A DNA stretch of 64,000 nucleotides from Streptosporangiaceae bacterium (GTDB taxonomy: Bacteria; Actinomycetota; Actinomycetes; Streptosporangiales; Streptosporangiaceae). This document shows, one piece after another, positions 27,018-35,471 of this stretch (its first letter is position 1; every line of letters begins with the position of its first letter). The position numbers and the translations under genes were made by a program. The DNA is taken from positions 9,398 to 73,397 of the forward strand of contig DASQRM010000190.1 in NCBI GenBank assembly GCA_035642895.1, given 5' to 3'. Below the pieces are notes generated by a model. That model was not told the origin of the DNA, did no database searches, and saw only the letters and a list, made by a program, of their open reading frames with translations.

Positions 27018-27914
27018 ATGGTCCACCTCGGAGCGAACCGGTACGGCAAGGCTGAGGTCCGGGTGATGCGGGTAGCCCGCGCCGCCGGCGCCGGCGGCGG
27101 CGACGTGATCAGGGACTGGAACGTGTCCACCAGCCTGTCCGGCGACCTGGCCGCGACCCACCTGACCGGCGACAACTCCGCGGTGCTGGCCACCGATACG
27201 CAGAAGAACACCGTGTATGCGTTCGCCCAGCGGCTCGGGCCGGTGCCGCCCGAGGTGCTCGGGATGGAGCTCGCCGCGCACTTCGTGGCCAGCCAGGCCC
27301 AGATCACCCGGGCCCGGGTGGCGGTCGAGGAGTACGGCTGGGCCCCGGTCGGCGAGAGCCGGCACTCGTTCGCCCGTACCGGTGAGCTGACCCGGGCCTG
27401 CCGGGTCGTCCACGACGTGGAGGACGGGGTGAGCGTGGTAGCCGGCGTCAAGGACCTGACCGTGCTGAACACCACCAACTCCGAGTTCTGGGGCTTCCCC
27501 CGCGATGAGTACACGACGCTGGCGGAGACCCGGGACCGGATGCTGGCTACCCAGGTCAGCGCGTGGTGGCGGTACCGGGGGGCAGGGCCGTCGGACGGGA
27601 GGCCGCCGGGCCCGGACTGGGACGCGGCGTTCGGGATCGCGCGGGAGGCGCTGCTGTCCGCGTTCAGCGAGACCTACAGCTACTCGCTGCAGCAGACGCT
27701 GTACGCCATCGGCGAGCGGATCATCGAGGCCGTGCCGGAGGTGTGCGAGGTCCGGCTGGCGCTGCCGAACAAACATCACTACCTGGTGGACCTGGTCCCG
27801 TTCGGGCTGCCCAACGACAATGAGGTGTACTACCCCGGCGACCGTCCCTACGGCCTGATCGAGGGCACCGTGCTGGCCGACGACGCCCCCGGCCCCGGCC
27901 TCGCCTGGACCTGA
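27018..27914 (+). CDS. uox: urate oxidase (uricase)
   Basis: Part of ORF 26973-27914, with ATG 27018 preferred (MVHLGANRYGKAEVRV). ATDTQKNTVYAFA motif. Confidence 0.88.
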   Translation: MVHLGANRYGKAEVRVMRVARAAGAGGGDVIRDWNVSTSLSGDLAATHLTGDNSAVLATDTQKNTVYAFAQRLGPVPPEVLGMELAAHFVASQAQITRARVAVEEYGWAPVGESRHSFARTGELTRACRVVHDVEDGVSVVAGVKDLTVLNTTNSEFWGFPRDEYTTLAETRDRMLATQVSAWWRYRGAGPSDGRPPGPDWDAAFGIAREALLSAFSETYSYSLQQTLYAIGERIIEAVPEVCEVRLALPNKHHYLVDLVPFGLPNDNEVYYPGDRPYGLIEGTVLADDAPGPGLAWT

Positions 27915-27937
27915 CCGGTGACCCAGGGAGGATCTCC

Positions 27938-28403
27938 GTGAACCGATTCATCGCCTGCACGTTCGGTGCGGTGATAACCGCGGGCGCTGCAGCGCCTGCG
28001 GTGAACATGCCCGCGAGCGCGGCGGCCCAGCGGAGCTGGGGCTCTCCGACGGCACGCACTCAGCGCTGCTGCAGCTCCAGACCGGTGGCGGGGCGGGCAG
28101 TATCACCTACGACAACGGCCTTGGCCACGCCACCGTGCCGCTGGCGCCACGGGTCGGCAACATCCTGCGGCTCAGCATCTACCGTGACCAGGCCGCCGGC
28201 CGCGACGTGTTCGCGGTCAGCAACACGTCGACCGGACGGACCTGGACGGCGCCGGTCACCGCGCCGGCCGGGATCGTCTACCGGCAAGCTTCGGCTACCG
28301 CAAGCCTCGACAACGCCACGGCCAGTGGGTGCTGTTCCCGCGCCCCCCGTGGGGGAACAGCGACCAGAACTTCACCGTCTGGAAGCCCGAATCCCCGCAC
28401 TGA
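27938..28403 (+). pseudogene. secreted protein gene split over three frames (two apparent 1-nt frameshifts)
   Basis: Frame A gives the signal peptide VNRFIACTFGAVITAGAAAPAVNMPASAAA. Frame C gives ELGLSDGTHSALLQLQTGGGAGSITYDNGLGHATVPLAPRVGNILRLSIYRDQAAGRDVFAVSNTSTGRTWTAPVTAPAGIVYRQ. Frame B gives GQWVLFPRPPWGNSDQNFTVWKPESPH then stop (28401-28403). The single-frame 157-aa ORF in the track is Arg/Pro/Ser-rich after residue ~30. Confidence 0.45.
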
Positions 28404-28469
28404 TCGGCTGAGGCCGGGCGCGATGACGGGCAGAAAATGAGGGGCGGCGTCCGGGCCGGGGCTGGGATC

Positions 28470-29111
28470 ATGCCGGGCGTGAGTGATGATCTGTGGTTGG
28501 CGATGCCGGTGCTGGCCGGACGGCTGATCCGGCTGGAGCCGCTGGCCCTGGAGCACGCACCCGGATACCTGGCCGCCACGGGCACCGGCGAGGCGGCCGC
28601 CGAGGTGTTCCGCTGGATGAGCCCGCCGGGCGGCGCCGTGGCCCAGCCAGTCACGCTCGAGGACGCGGCCCGGCACATCGCCGACGCCCTGGCGGCCCGG
28701 GACCGCAGAGCCCGCCTGCCGTACGCCCAGATCGACGCGGCCACCGGGGAGTTCGCCGGCACCACCTCGTTCTATGAGGTGAACCCCGCGCTGCGGACCT
28801 TGAGCATCGGGCACACCTGGCTGGGCCAGCGCTGGTGGCGCACCGGGCACAACACCGAGTCGAAGCTGCTCTTGATGACGTTCGCGTTCGAGACCCTCGG
28901 CGCGGTCCGGGTCGTCTGGCACACCGACATCTTCAACACCCGGTCGCAGGCCGCGATCGAGCGGCTGGGTGCGACGCGTGAGGGCGTGCTGCGCAAGCAC
29001 CGGCTGCGCTACGACGGCAGCTGGCGCGACACGGTCCAGTACGCGATGGTGGATGACGACTGGCCGGCCGCCAAGGCCGCGCTGGCCGCCCGCCTCCGGC
29101 TAGCTCCCTGA
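28470..29111 (+). CDS. GNAT family N-acetyltransferase (RimJ/RimL-like)
   Basis: Part of ORF 28437-29111. LIRLEPLALEHAP...IGHTWLGQRWWRTGHNTESKLLLMTFAFETLGAVRVVWHTDIFNTRSQAAIERLGATREGVLRKH. Start is ATG 28470 or 28503. Confidence 0.85.
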   Translation: MPGVSDDLWLAMPVLAGRLIRLEPLALEHAPGYLAATGTGEAAAEVFRWMSPPGGAVAQPVTLEDAARHIADALAARDRRARLPYAQIDAATGEFAGTTSFYEVNPALRTLSIGHTWLGQRWWRTGHNTESKLLLMTFAFETLGAVRVVWHTDIFNTRSQAAIERLGATREGVLRKHRLRYDGSWRDTVQYAMVDDDWPAAKAALAARLRLAP

Positions 29112-29348
29112 CTCCGTCAGCTGGTGGCTGTCGGCCGCGGTCAGGTCGCAGCCGTAGATCTGCTTCAGCTCCGCGATGACCTCCAGGGTGGGCGCCCCGA
29201 ACGCCTGCTCCCCTTCGAACGCGTGCAGCACGATGCCTTCCAGCAGATCGCCCAGGGACAGGTCCATGTATTCGGCCAGGCCCTTGAGCACCTTGAGCAG
29301 GCTGCGTTCCATCCGGACCCCGGTCTGGACACGCTCCACGGTCGTCAT
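29100..29348 (-). CDS. small conserved-looking protein, possible ribbon-helix-helix DNA binder (82 aa)
   Basis: Part of ORF 29100-29384, starting at ATG 29348. MTTVERVQTGVRMERSLLKVLKGLAEYMDLSLGDLLEGIVLHAF has a strand-helix-helix look. Confidence 0.55.
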   Translation of the reverse strand: MTTVERVQTGVRMERSLLKVLKGLAEYMDLSLGDLLEGIVLHAFEGEQAFGAPTLEVIAELKQIYGCDLTAADSHQLTESGS

Positions 29349-29362
29349 GTTACCTTTGTACC

Positions 29363-29857
29363 ATGGTACACAGCTCGCCGACACACAGCACTGCGAATCC
29401 GACCCCCGTGCGCCGCGCCCGGCTCAGCGGATCCGTGCGACTGCCGCCCGGATACGAGGCCGCCCTGTTCCTGTTCACCCCGTGCGGCGAGAGACTGTGG
29501 GCCGACGGCTGGGATCCGCAGTTCCCCGCCCCGGCCGAGGACGACACGGAACCGGGCACGGTGTTCGAGACCGCCCAGGGCCCGCAGCGCACGACCTGGG
29601 TGGTGTGCGCCCGGGAACCCGGCCGGTTCGTCCGCTACGCGCGGGTCGTCCACGGCCAGAACGCGGGCACCGTGACCGTCACCCTGGACGATGCCGGGGC
29701 CGCCACGGTGGAATACGACCTCACGGCACTGTCCGACGAGGCCGCCGCCCACCTGGCCCGGTTCGCCGCGCACTACTCCCAGTACCTCCAGCACTGGGAG
29801 CAGGCCATCGCAGACGCCACCAGCACCCCGGACACGCCCCGGATTCCGGGCGCCTGA
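29363..29857 (+). CDS. SRPBCC (START/polyketide-cyclase-like) family protein
   Basis: ORF 29363-29857. LFLFTPCGERLWADGWDPQFP...GTVFET...TTWVV. The start is possibly GTG 29408, because only 14 nt separate 29363 from the divergent gene. Confidence 0.65.
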   Translation: MVHSSPTHSTANPTPVRRARLSGSVRLPPGYEAALFLFTPCGERLWADGWDPQFPAPAEDDTEPGTVFETAQGPQRTTWVVCAREPGRFVRYARVVHGQNAGTVTVTLDDAGAATVEYDLTALSDEAAAHLARFAAHYSQYLQHWEQAIADATSTPDTPRIPGA

Positions 29858-29874
29858 AGACCCGGGAACCAGCC

Positions 29875-30453
29875 GTGCTTAACACCGCGCCAGGCCTGTC
29901 CACGATCGGCCATTCCAACCTAGCCCTCGACGATTTCCTGGGCCTGCTCCAGCAACACGGCATCCAGACCGTCGCCGATGTGCGCACAGTGCCCCGGTCC
30001 CGCTATGTGCCGCATTTCAACGCGGGACAACTCCATGAGGCTCTGGCCCGGTGCGACATCAGCTACCTCCCATTCGGCCGGGAACTCGGGGGCCGGCCAG
30101 AAGGCTCTGAATTTTACGACGCGCAGGGCCACGTGCTCTATGGCCGGCTCGCCGAGAGCCCGGCGTTCGGTGCGGGAATCGACCGGATACTGGCCGGGGC
30201 ACAGACGCAGCGCATCGCCCTGCTCTGCAGCGAGGAGGATCCGGCCCGCTGCCACCGCCACCTGCTTATCGGGCGGGTCCTGGGGAAACGTGGCGTGGCG
30301 GTGGCCCATATCCGGCGCGACGGGCGCATCGAGACCGAATCGGACCTGGCGGCCCGGGAAATCAGCGATGTTCCGCAAGCCACCCTCTTTGACGGCGACC
30401 CTGGCGAACGCCAGTGGAAATCCCCCCGGCCGGTGAGAAGCCCACCGGATTAG
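29875..30453 (+). CDS. DUF488 domain protein
   Basis: Last 192 codons of ORF 29176-30453, from GTG 29875. LSTIGHSNLALDDFLGLLQQHGIQTVADVRTVPRSR...ALLCSEEDPARCHRHLL. Confidence 0.8.
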   Translation: MLNTAPGLSTIGHSNLALDDFLGLLQQHGIQTVADVRTVPRSRYVPHFNAGQLHEALARCDISYLPFGRELGGRPEGSEFYDAQGHVLYGRLAESPAFGAGIDRILAGAQTQRIALLCSEEDPARCHRHLLIGRVLGKRGVAVAHIRRDGRIETESDLAAREISDVPQATLFDGDPGERQWKSPRPVRSPPD

Positions 30454-30565
30454 CGCTCAGAACTCAGTGTCCACCCAGTAGAGCGAATACATCAGCCATG
30501 ATGTCGAGATCAGCGGGCGGGAGGTCGCCGTGGAACGCCGCCCGCGCAGCCGCAGCGGGGAAAGG

Positions 30566-31333
30566 ATGAGCATGGGACAGCTGACGGGCCTGCGGGCGCT
30601 GGTCACCGGCGGGGCGTCCGGTCTGGGCGCCGCGATCGCCACGGCGTTCACAGCCGAGGGCGCGGCGGTGGTGGTGCTGGACATGACGGAAGCGCCACCC
30701 GGGTGGTTGCCGGCCGAAACCGGTTACGTACAGGCCGACATCACCGACGACGACGCGGTGCAGGCCGCGGTGCAGTCGGCCGCCGAGCGGCTGGGCGGCC
30801 TGGACGTGCTGGTCAATAACGCGGGCATCGGCGCCCAGGGCAGCGTCGAGCAGAGCACCGACGCCGAATGGCAGCGGGTGCTGGACGTGAACGTGATCGG
30901 GACCGCCCGGGTGTCCCGCGCGGCCTGGCCGTACCTGCGGGAATCCGGGCACGGCGCCGTGGTGAACACGGCCTCGATCGCGGCCACCGCAGGGCTGCCG
31001 GACCGGGCCGTGTACTCAGCCAGCAAAGGCGCGGTGGCCGCGCTGACCCGGGCCATGGCCGCCGACGGGATGCCCGACGCCATCCGGGTCAACGCGGTGA
31101 ATCCCGGCACCGCCGACACGCCCTGGGTCGCGCGACTGCTGGACGTGGCGCCCGATCCAGCCGCCGAGCGGGCGGCGCTGGAAGCCCGGCAGCCGCACGG
31201 CCGGCTGGTGTCGGCCGAGGAAGTCGCCGCGGCCGTGGTCTACCTGGCCTCCCCGGCGGCCGGATCGACCACGGGCACCGAGTTGGCCGTGGATGGCGGG
31301 ATGGGCGGCCTGCGGCTGCGACCCCGGGCGTGA
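30566..31333 (+). CDS. SDR family oxidoreductase
   Basis: Part of ORF 30530-31333. ATG 30566 follows GGGGAAAGG. TGGASGLG, NNAG, YSASK. Confidence 0.9.
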   Translation: MSMGQLTGLRALVTGGASGLGAAIATAFTAEGAAVVVLDMTEAPPGWLPAETGYVQADITDDDAVQAAVQSAAERLGGLDVLVNNAGIGAQGSVEQSTDAEWQRVLDVNVIGTARVSRAAWPYLRESGHGAVVNTASIAATAGLPDRAVYSASKGAVAALTRAMAADGMPDAIRVNAVNPGTADTPWVARLLDVAPDPAAERAALEARQPHGRLVSAEEVAAAVVYLASPAAGSTTGTELAVDGGMGGLRLRPRA

Positions 31334-31450
31334 CCCGGCCCCGCAGGTGCTGTGCCCCGGTGCGGGCCCTCGGGATGCGCAGCGGTGAGCAGGTTGCCTC
31401 GACCCTGACCCGCTTCGCTACGGTGGTGCCGGACGAGGCGTGGACGGAGC

Positions 31451-32764
31451 GTGATGCCTGCTGACGGCCTGCTGGACATCGACCTGGCCTACGGGCGCCA
31501 GGGCCTGCGTATCTCGCTGCCCGCGGACCGCACCACGGTCGTCGCGCCGGCGTACCATCCGGCCGTGCCGGATGTCCCGGCCGCGCTGCGCGGCGCGCTG
31601 GGGCAGCCGGTGGCCGGGCCGCCGCTGCGGGCGGTAGTACGCCCGGGGCAGCGGGTGGCCGTGTCGGTCTGCGACGTGACCCGGCCGCAACCCCGCGAGG
31701 CCATGCTCCGCGCGCTGCTCGCTGAGCTGGAGGGCCTGGTCACAGCCGACGACCTGACGGTGCTGATCGCGACCGGGACGCACCGCGGCAACACGGCGGC
31801 CGAGCTGGGCGAGATGCTGGGCCCCGAGCTGGCCGCCCGGCTGCGGGTGGTCAACCACGACGCACGCGACGAGAGCATGCTGACCTGGTGCGGGGAGCAC
31901 GGCGACGGGGTGCCGGTCTGGCTGAACAAGTACTGGACCGAAGCGGACGCGAAGATCACCACCGGGTTCGTTGAGCCGCACTTCTTCGCCGGGTTCAGCG
32001 GCGGTCCCAAGCTGGTCGCGCCGGGCCTGGCCGGCCTGGACACCACGCTGACCCTGCACGACGCGCGGCGGATCGGCAGCGAGCAGGCCACCTGGGGAGT
32101 GTGTGAGGGCAACCCGGTGCACGACGACGTGCGGGCGATCGCCGCGGCGACCGGGGTGGACTTCGCACTCGACGTCGTCCTGAACCGGGAGCAGCAGGTC
32201 GTCGGGGCGTTCGGCGGCGAGGTGCTGGCCATGCACGCGGCGGCCCGGGCTTACGTCCGCGAGGTCTCCATGCGCCCGGTGGATGGCCTGTTCGACGTGG
32301 TGGTGACGACCAACGCGGGGTTCCCGCTGGACCAGAACCTGTACCAGGCGGTCAAGGGCATGTCCGCGGCGGCCACCGTGGTGGCGCCGGGCGGACTGAT
32401 CATCTGCGCCGCCGAGTGCGCGGACGGGTTCCCCGACCACGGTTCGTTCCGCGCGGAACTGGCCGCCGAGCCGACGCCGGAGCGGCTGCTCGCCTCGATC
32501 GCGGCGCGCACCACGACCGTGCCGGACCAGTGGCAGGTACAGGTGCTGGCCCGGGTGCTGCGCCGGGCCCGGGTGGGCGTGCACGCGGCCGGCCTGACCG
32601 AGGCGGACCTGCGCAGCGCGCACCTGTTCGCGGTGCCGGACATCGCCGCCGCGGTCGCCGCCGAACTGGCGGCGGCCGGGCCTGGCGCACGGGTCTGCGT
32701 GCTGCCCGAGGGCCCGCAGACGATCCCGTTCGTGGGCGCGGAGGCCGAAGGGAGCGCGGCGTGA
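31451..32764 (+). CDS. larA: LarA-family nickel-pincer-dependent 2-hydroxyacid racemase/epimerase (DUF2088)
   Basis: ORF 31451-32764. ATGTHRGNT, GFVEPHFFAGFSGGPKLV and GNPVHDD match the His/Lys cofactor-binding motifs of LarA as I remember them. Confidence 0.85.
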   Translation: MMPADGLLDIDLAYGRQGLRISLPADRTTVVAPAYHPAVPDVPAALRGALGQPVAGPPLRAVVRPGQRVAVSVCDVTRPQPREAMLRALLAELEGLVTADDLTVLIATGTHRGNTAAELGEMLGPELAARLRVVNHDARDESMLTWCGEHGDGVPVWLNKYWTEADAKITTGFVEPHFFAGFSGGPKLVAPGLAGLDTTLTLHDARRIGSEQATWGVCEGNPVHDDVRAIAAATGVDFALDVVLNREQQVVGAFGGEVLAMHAAARAYVREVSMRPVDGLFDVVVTTNAGFPLDQNLYQAVKGMSAAATVVAPGGLIICAAECADGFPDHGSFRAELAAEPTPERLLASIAARTTTVPDQWQVQVLARVLRRARVGVHAAGLTEADLRSAHLFAVPDIAAAVAAELAAAGPGARVCVLPEGPQTIPFVGAEAEGSAA

Positions 32765-33546
32765 CCGAGGCGGGCGGGCCTGAGCCGGTTCCCCCGGCGC
32801 TCCCGCTCGGGTTCGCCACCGTCGACCTGGACCGGCCGCGGCGGCAGGGACTGCCGGAGGTCGTCTACGCCCCGGGCAAGCAGCCCGCTGAGATCGCAGC
32901 CATCGCGGCCGCGCTGCTGGACCGCACGTCCGGGCCGGTGCTGGTGACCCGGCTGGAACCTGGCGCGGCGGCTGAGGTCGCGCAGGAGCTGGCGGCCGCC
33001 CAGAGGCAGGGGGCGGTGGTGACGGCAGGCAGCTACGACGCCCGGGCCCGGCTGCTGTGCTGGCGGCCCGCCCGGCCAGACGGGTGGCGGGTGGCGGTGG
33101 TGACCGCGGGCACCGCGGACGGGCCTGTCGCCGACGAGGCAGCCGCGGTGGCCCGCGCCACCGGCCTTCAGGTCGCCGAGTTCCGCGACGTCGGCGTGGC
33201 CGGGCTGCACCGGCTGCTCGCCGTGGCCGGGGACATCGCCGCGGCCGACGTGGTGATCGTCATCGCCGGCATGGAGGGCGCGCTGGCCAGCGCGGTGGCC
33301 GGCCTGGTCGGTGTCCCGGTCGTGGCGGTGCCCACCTCGACCGGGTACGGCGCGGCGCTGGACGGCATTACCGCGCTGCTGGCCATGATGACCTCCTGCG
33401 CGGCTGGCGTCTGCGTGGTCAACATCGACTCGGGGTTCGGTGCCGCCATGACTGCCCACCGGCTGGCGTTCAGCATGCGCCGCCGGGCCGCCGCTCTCCG
33501 GCCCCGCGAACCAGATGCGCCGCCGGGCGAGATGAGGCGCCCGTGA
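32761..33546 (+). CDS. larB: nickel pincer cofactor biosynthesis protein LarB (PurE-like carboxylase/hydrolase)
   Basis: Last 261 codons of ORF 32416-33546. GTG 32761 overlaps the larA TGA (GTGA). VVTAGTADGPVADEA...IAGMEGALASAVAGLVGVPVVAVPTSTGYG. Confidence 0.85.
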   Translation: MTEAGGPEPVPPALPLGFATVDLDRPRRQGLPEVVYAPGKQPAEIAAIAAALLDRTSGPVLVTRLEPGAAAEVAQELAAAQRQGAVVTAGSYDARARLLCWRPARPDGWRVAVVTAGTADGPVADEAAAVARATGLQVAEFRDVGVAGLHRLLAVAGDIAAADVVIVIAGMEGALASAVAGLVGVPVVAVPTSTGYGAALDGITALLAMMTSCAAGVCVVNIDSGFGAAMTAHRLAFSMRRRAAALRPREPDAPPGEMRRP

Positions 33547-34775
33547 TCCTCTGGCTGAACCCGTTTTCCGGCATCTCCGGTGACATGCTGCTCGGCGCGC
33601 TGCTGGACCTGGGCGCGCCGATCGGCGCGGTCCGGGCCGCCGTGGCCAGCACCGGGCTCACCGGCTGGGAACTGACCGCCGGGCCGGTGCAGCGCGCCGG
33701 GCTGGCCGCCTGCCAGGCCCGGGTCCGGGTGGACGACGACGTGCCCGCGCGCCGCGCCGCGGAGCTGCTCACGCTGGCCCAGGCCGCGGTGCCCGCGGCC
33801 GCAGCGCGGCTGGCCACCGCGGCGATCACCGCCCTGGCCGAGGCTGAGGGCCGGATCCACGGCATGCCGCCGGCCGAGGTGCATCTGCACGAACTAGGCG
33901 GGGTGGACACGATTGTGGACACCGTGGGAGTGGCCGCGGCGCTCGACGCGCTGGGCGTCAGCGCGGTCTGGTCGGCGCCGCTCGCGCTGGGGGCCGGCGT
34001 CATCGAGATGCGCCACGGCCAGTTCCCGGCCCCGGCGCCGGCCACGGTGGCGTTGCTGGACGGGGCGGCGGTGACCGGGACGCTCACCGGGTCGGCCGGA
34101 GGGGCGGCAGAGACGGTCACCCCGACGGGGGCGGCGCTGCTGCGCGCGGCCGATTGCCGGTACGGGCCTATGCCCGCGATGCGGGTGGCCGGCAGCGGGT
34201 ACGGGGCAGGCGCGCGGAACGTGCCGGGGCGGCCCAACGTGCTGCCCGCCCTGCTCGGTGAGCCCCTGCGCGATCAGGAGCCGGAGGATCCGGCCGGGGA
34301 CGCCGAGACCCTGATCATGGTGGAGACCACCGTCGATGACGTGACCGGGGAGTTGCTCGGCGACCTGCCCGGGCTGCTGCTGGGCGCGGGGGCCCTGGAC
34401 GCCTGGATCACGGCCGCGACCGGCAAGAAGGGCCGCCCGGCGCACGTCGTCACCGCGCTGTGCCGGCCGGGCCAGGCGGGTCCGGTCCAGGCGCGACTGC
34501 TCGCCGAGACGGGCAGCCTCGGCGCGCGGTGCCACGCTGTCCAGCGCCGTGCGCTGCCGCGGCAGGAGGCCGAGGTCACCGTCCAGGGCCACCGGATCCG
34601 GGTCAAGATCGGCCCGCACCGGGCCAAGCCCGAGCACGACGACGTGGTCGCCGCGGCGCTGGCCACCGGCCTGCCCCGCCGCGCCCTGGCCGAACAGGCC
34701 CTCAGGCAACTGGCCGATCAGGCCCTCAGCCAGAGGGCTGAGCAGGCCCCGGGCTGGCCGGAGGACCCGGCGTGA
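33543..34775 (+). CDS. larC: nickel insertion protein LarC (DUF111), single unfused ORF
   Basis: Last 410 codons of ORF 33057-34775. GTG 33543 overlaps the larB TGA (GTGA). N-terminus ILWLNPFSGISGDMLLGALLDLG. Confidence 0.85.
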   Translation: MILWLNPFSGISGDMLLGALLDLGAPIGAVRAAVASTGLTGWELTAGPVQRAGLAACQARVRVDDDVPARRAAELLTLAQAAVPAAAARLATAAITALAEAEGRIHGMPPAEVHLHELGGVDTIVDTVGVAAALDALGVSAVWSAPLALGAGVIEMRHGQFPAPAPATVALLDGAAVTGTLTGSAGGAAETVTPTGAALLRAADCRYGPMPAMRVAGSGYGAGARNVPGRPNVLPALLGEPLRDQEPEDPAGDAETLIMVETTVDDVTGELLGDLPGLLLGAGALDAWITAATGKKGRPAHVVTALCRPGQAGPVQARLLAETGSLGARCHAVQRRALPRQEAEVTVQGHRIRVKIGPHRAKPEHDDVVAAALATGLPRRALAEQALRQLADQALSQRAEQAPGWPEDPA

Positions 34776-34798
34776 ACGGCAGGCGTGAGCGACCGGGC

Positions 34799-34843
34799 GG
34801 TCAGGCGTTCAGGGCGTTCAGGCGTTCAGGGCGGTCAGGTAGG
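34799..34843. repeat. 8/9-bp TCAGG-type tandem repeats spanning the response-regulator stop codon
   Basis: TCA recurs at 34801, 34809, 34818 (the stop codon), 34826 and 34835. The minus strand reads CTGACCGCC CTGAACGCC TGAACGCC CTGAACGCC TGACCGCC. Confidence 0.8.
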
Positions 34844-35471
34844 CCAGGACGGCCAGCACCCGCCGGTTGTCGTCTTCTGAGGCGGCCAACCCGAGCTTGG
34901 TGAAGATGCTCGTGGTGTGCTTGCTGACCGCCTTCTCGGTGACGAAGAGCCGCTGCGCGATGGCCACGTTCGACCGGCCCTCGGCCATCAGGGCCAGGAC
35001 CTCGCGTTCCCGTGCGGACAGCCGGGTGATCGGCTCGTCCCGGGCGCGGCGGCCGAGCAGCTTGGACACCACGTCGGGATCCATCACGGTGCCGCCCGAC
35101 GCGACGGTCCGGATCGCGTCGACGAACTGGTCGTCGTTGAAGACCCGGTCCTTGAGCAGGTAGCCGACCGCGCCCGACTGGTCGGCGAGCAGTTCCCGCG
35201 CGTACAGCTGCTCGACGTACTGCGACAGCAGCAGCACCGGCAGCCCCGGCACCTGCTGCCGCGCGGCCAGCGCCGCCTGCAGTCCGTCATCGGCGAACGA
35301 CGGGGGCAGCCGGACGTCCACCACCGCCACGTCAGGCCGCTGTTCCAGTAGCGCGCACAGCAGGTCGGGTGCGCTGTCCACCGCCGCGGCGATCTCGAAG
35401 CCGTGCGCCCCGAGCAGCCGGGTGAGCCCGTCCCTCAGCAGGAACAGGTCTTCGGCGACGACAACGCGCAC
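34818..35471 (-). CDS. LuxR/NarL family response regulator
   Basis: ORF 34818-35471. Receiver domain (VAVVDVRLP) plus C-terminal LuxR HTH LSAREREVLALMAEGRSNVAIAQRLFVTEKAVSKH. Confidence 0.93.
   Translation of the reverse strand: MRVVVAEDLFLLRDGLTRLLGAHGFEIAAAVDSAPDLLCALLEQRPDVAVVDVRLPPSFADDGLQAALAARQQVPGLPVLLLSQYVEQLYARELLADQSGAVGYLLKDRVFNDDQFVDAIRTVASGGTVMDPDVVSKLLGRRARDEPITRLSAREREVLALMAEGRSNVAIAQRLFVTEKAVSKHTTSIFTKLGLAASEDDNRRVLAVLAYLTALNA

Noticed and set aside
28470-29348. GNAT plus small RHH-like protein as a GNAT/RHH toxin-antitoxin pair
   Set aside because: The genes are convergent (overlapping 3-prime ends) rather than co-transcribed. The GNAT is RimJ/RimL-like in size and motifs, not TacT/AtaT-like.
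29176-29874. N-terminal 233 codons of the 425-aa ORF 29176-30453
   Set aside because: This part is Arg/Pro-rich and overlaps the RHH-like and SRPBCC genes. Only the DUF488 part from GTG 29875 is credible.
30464-30545. Minus-strand peptide ending ...FHGDLPPADLDIMADVFALLGGH as a gene fragment
   Set aside because: Only about 25 residues look protein-like. The rest of the ORF is antisense to the SDR gene. It is too short to support.
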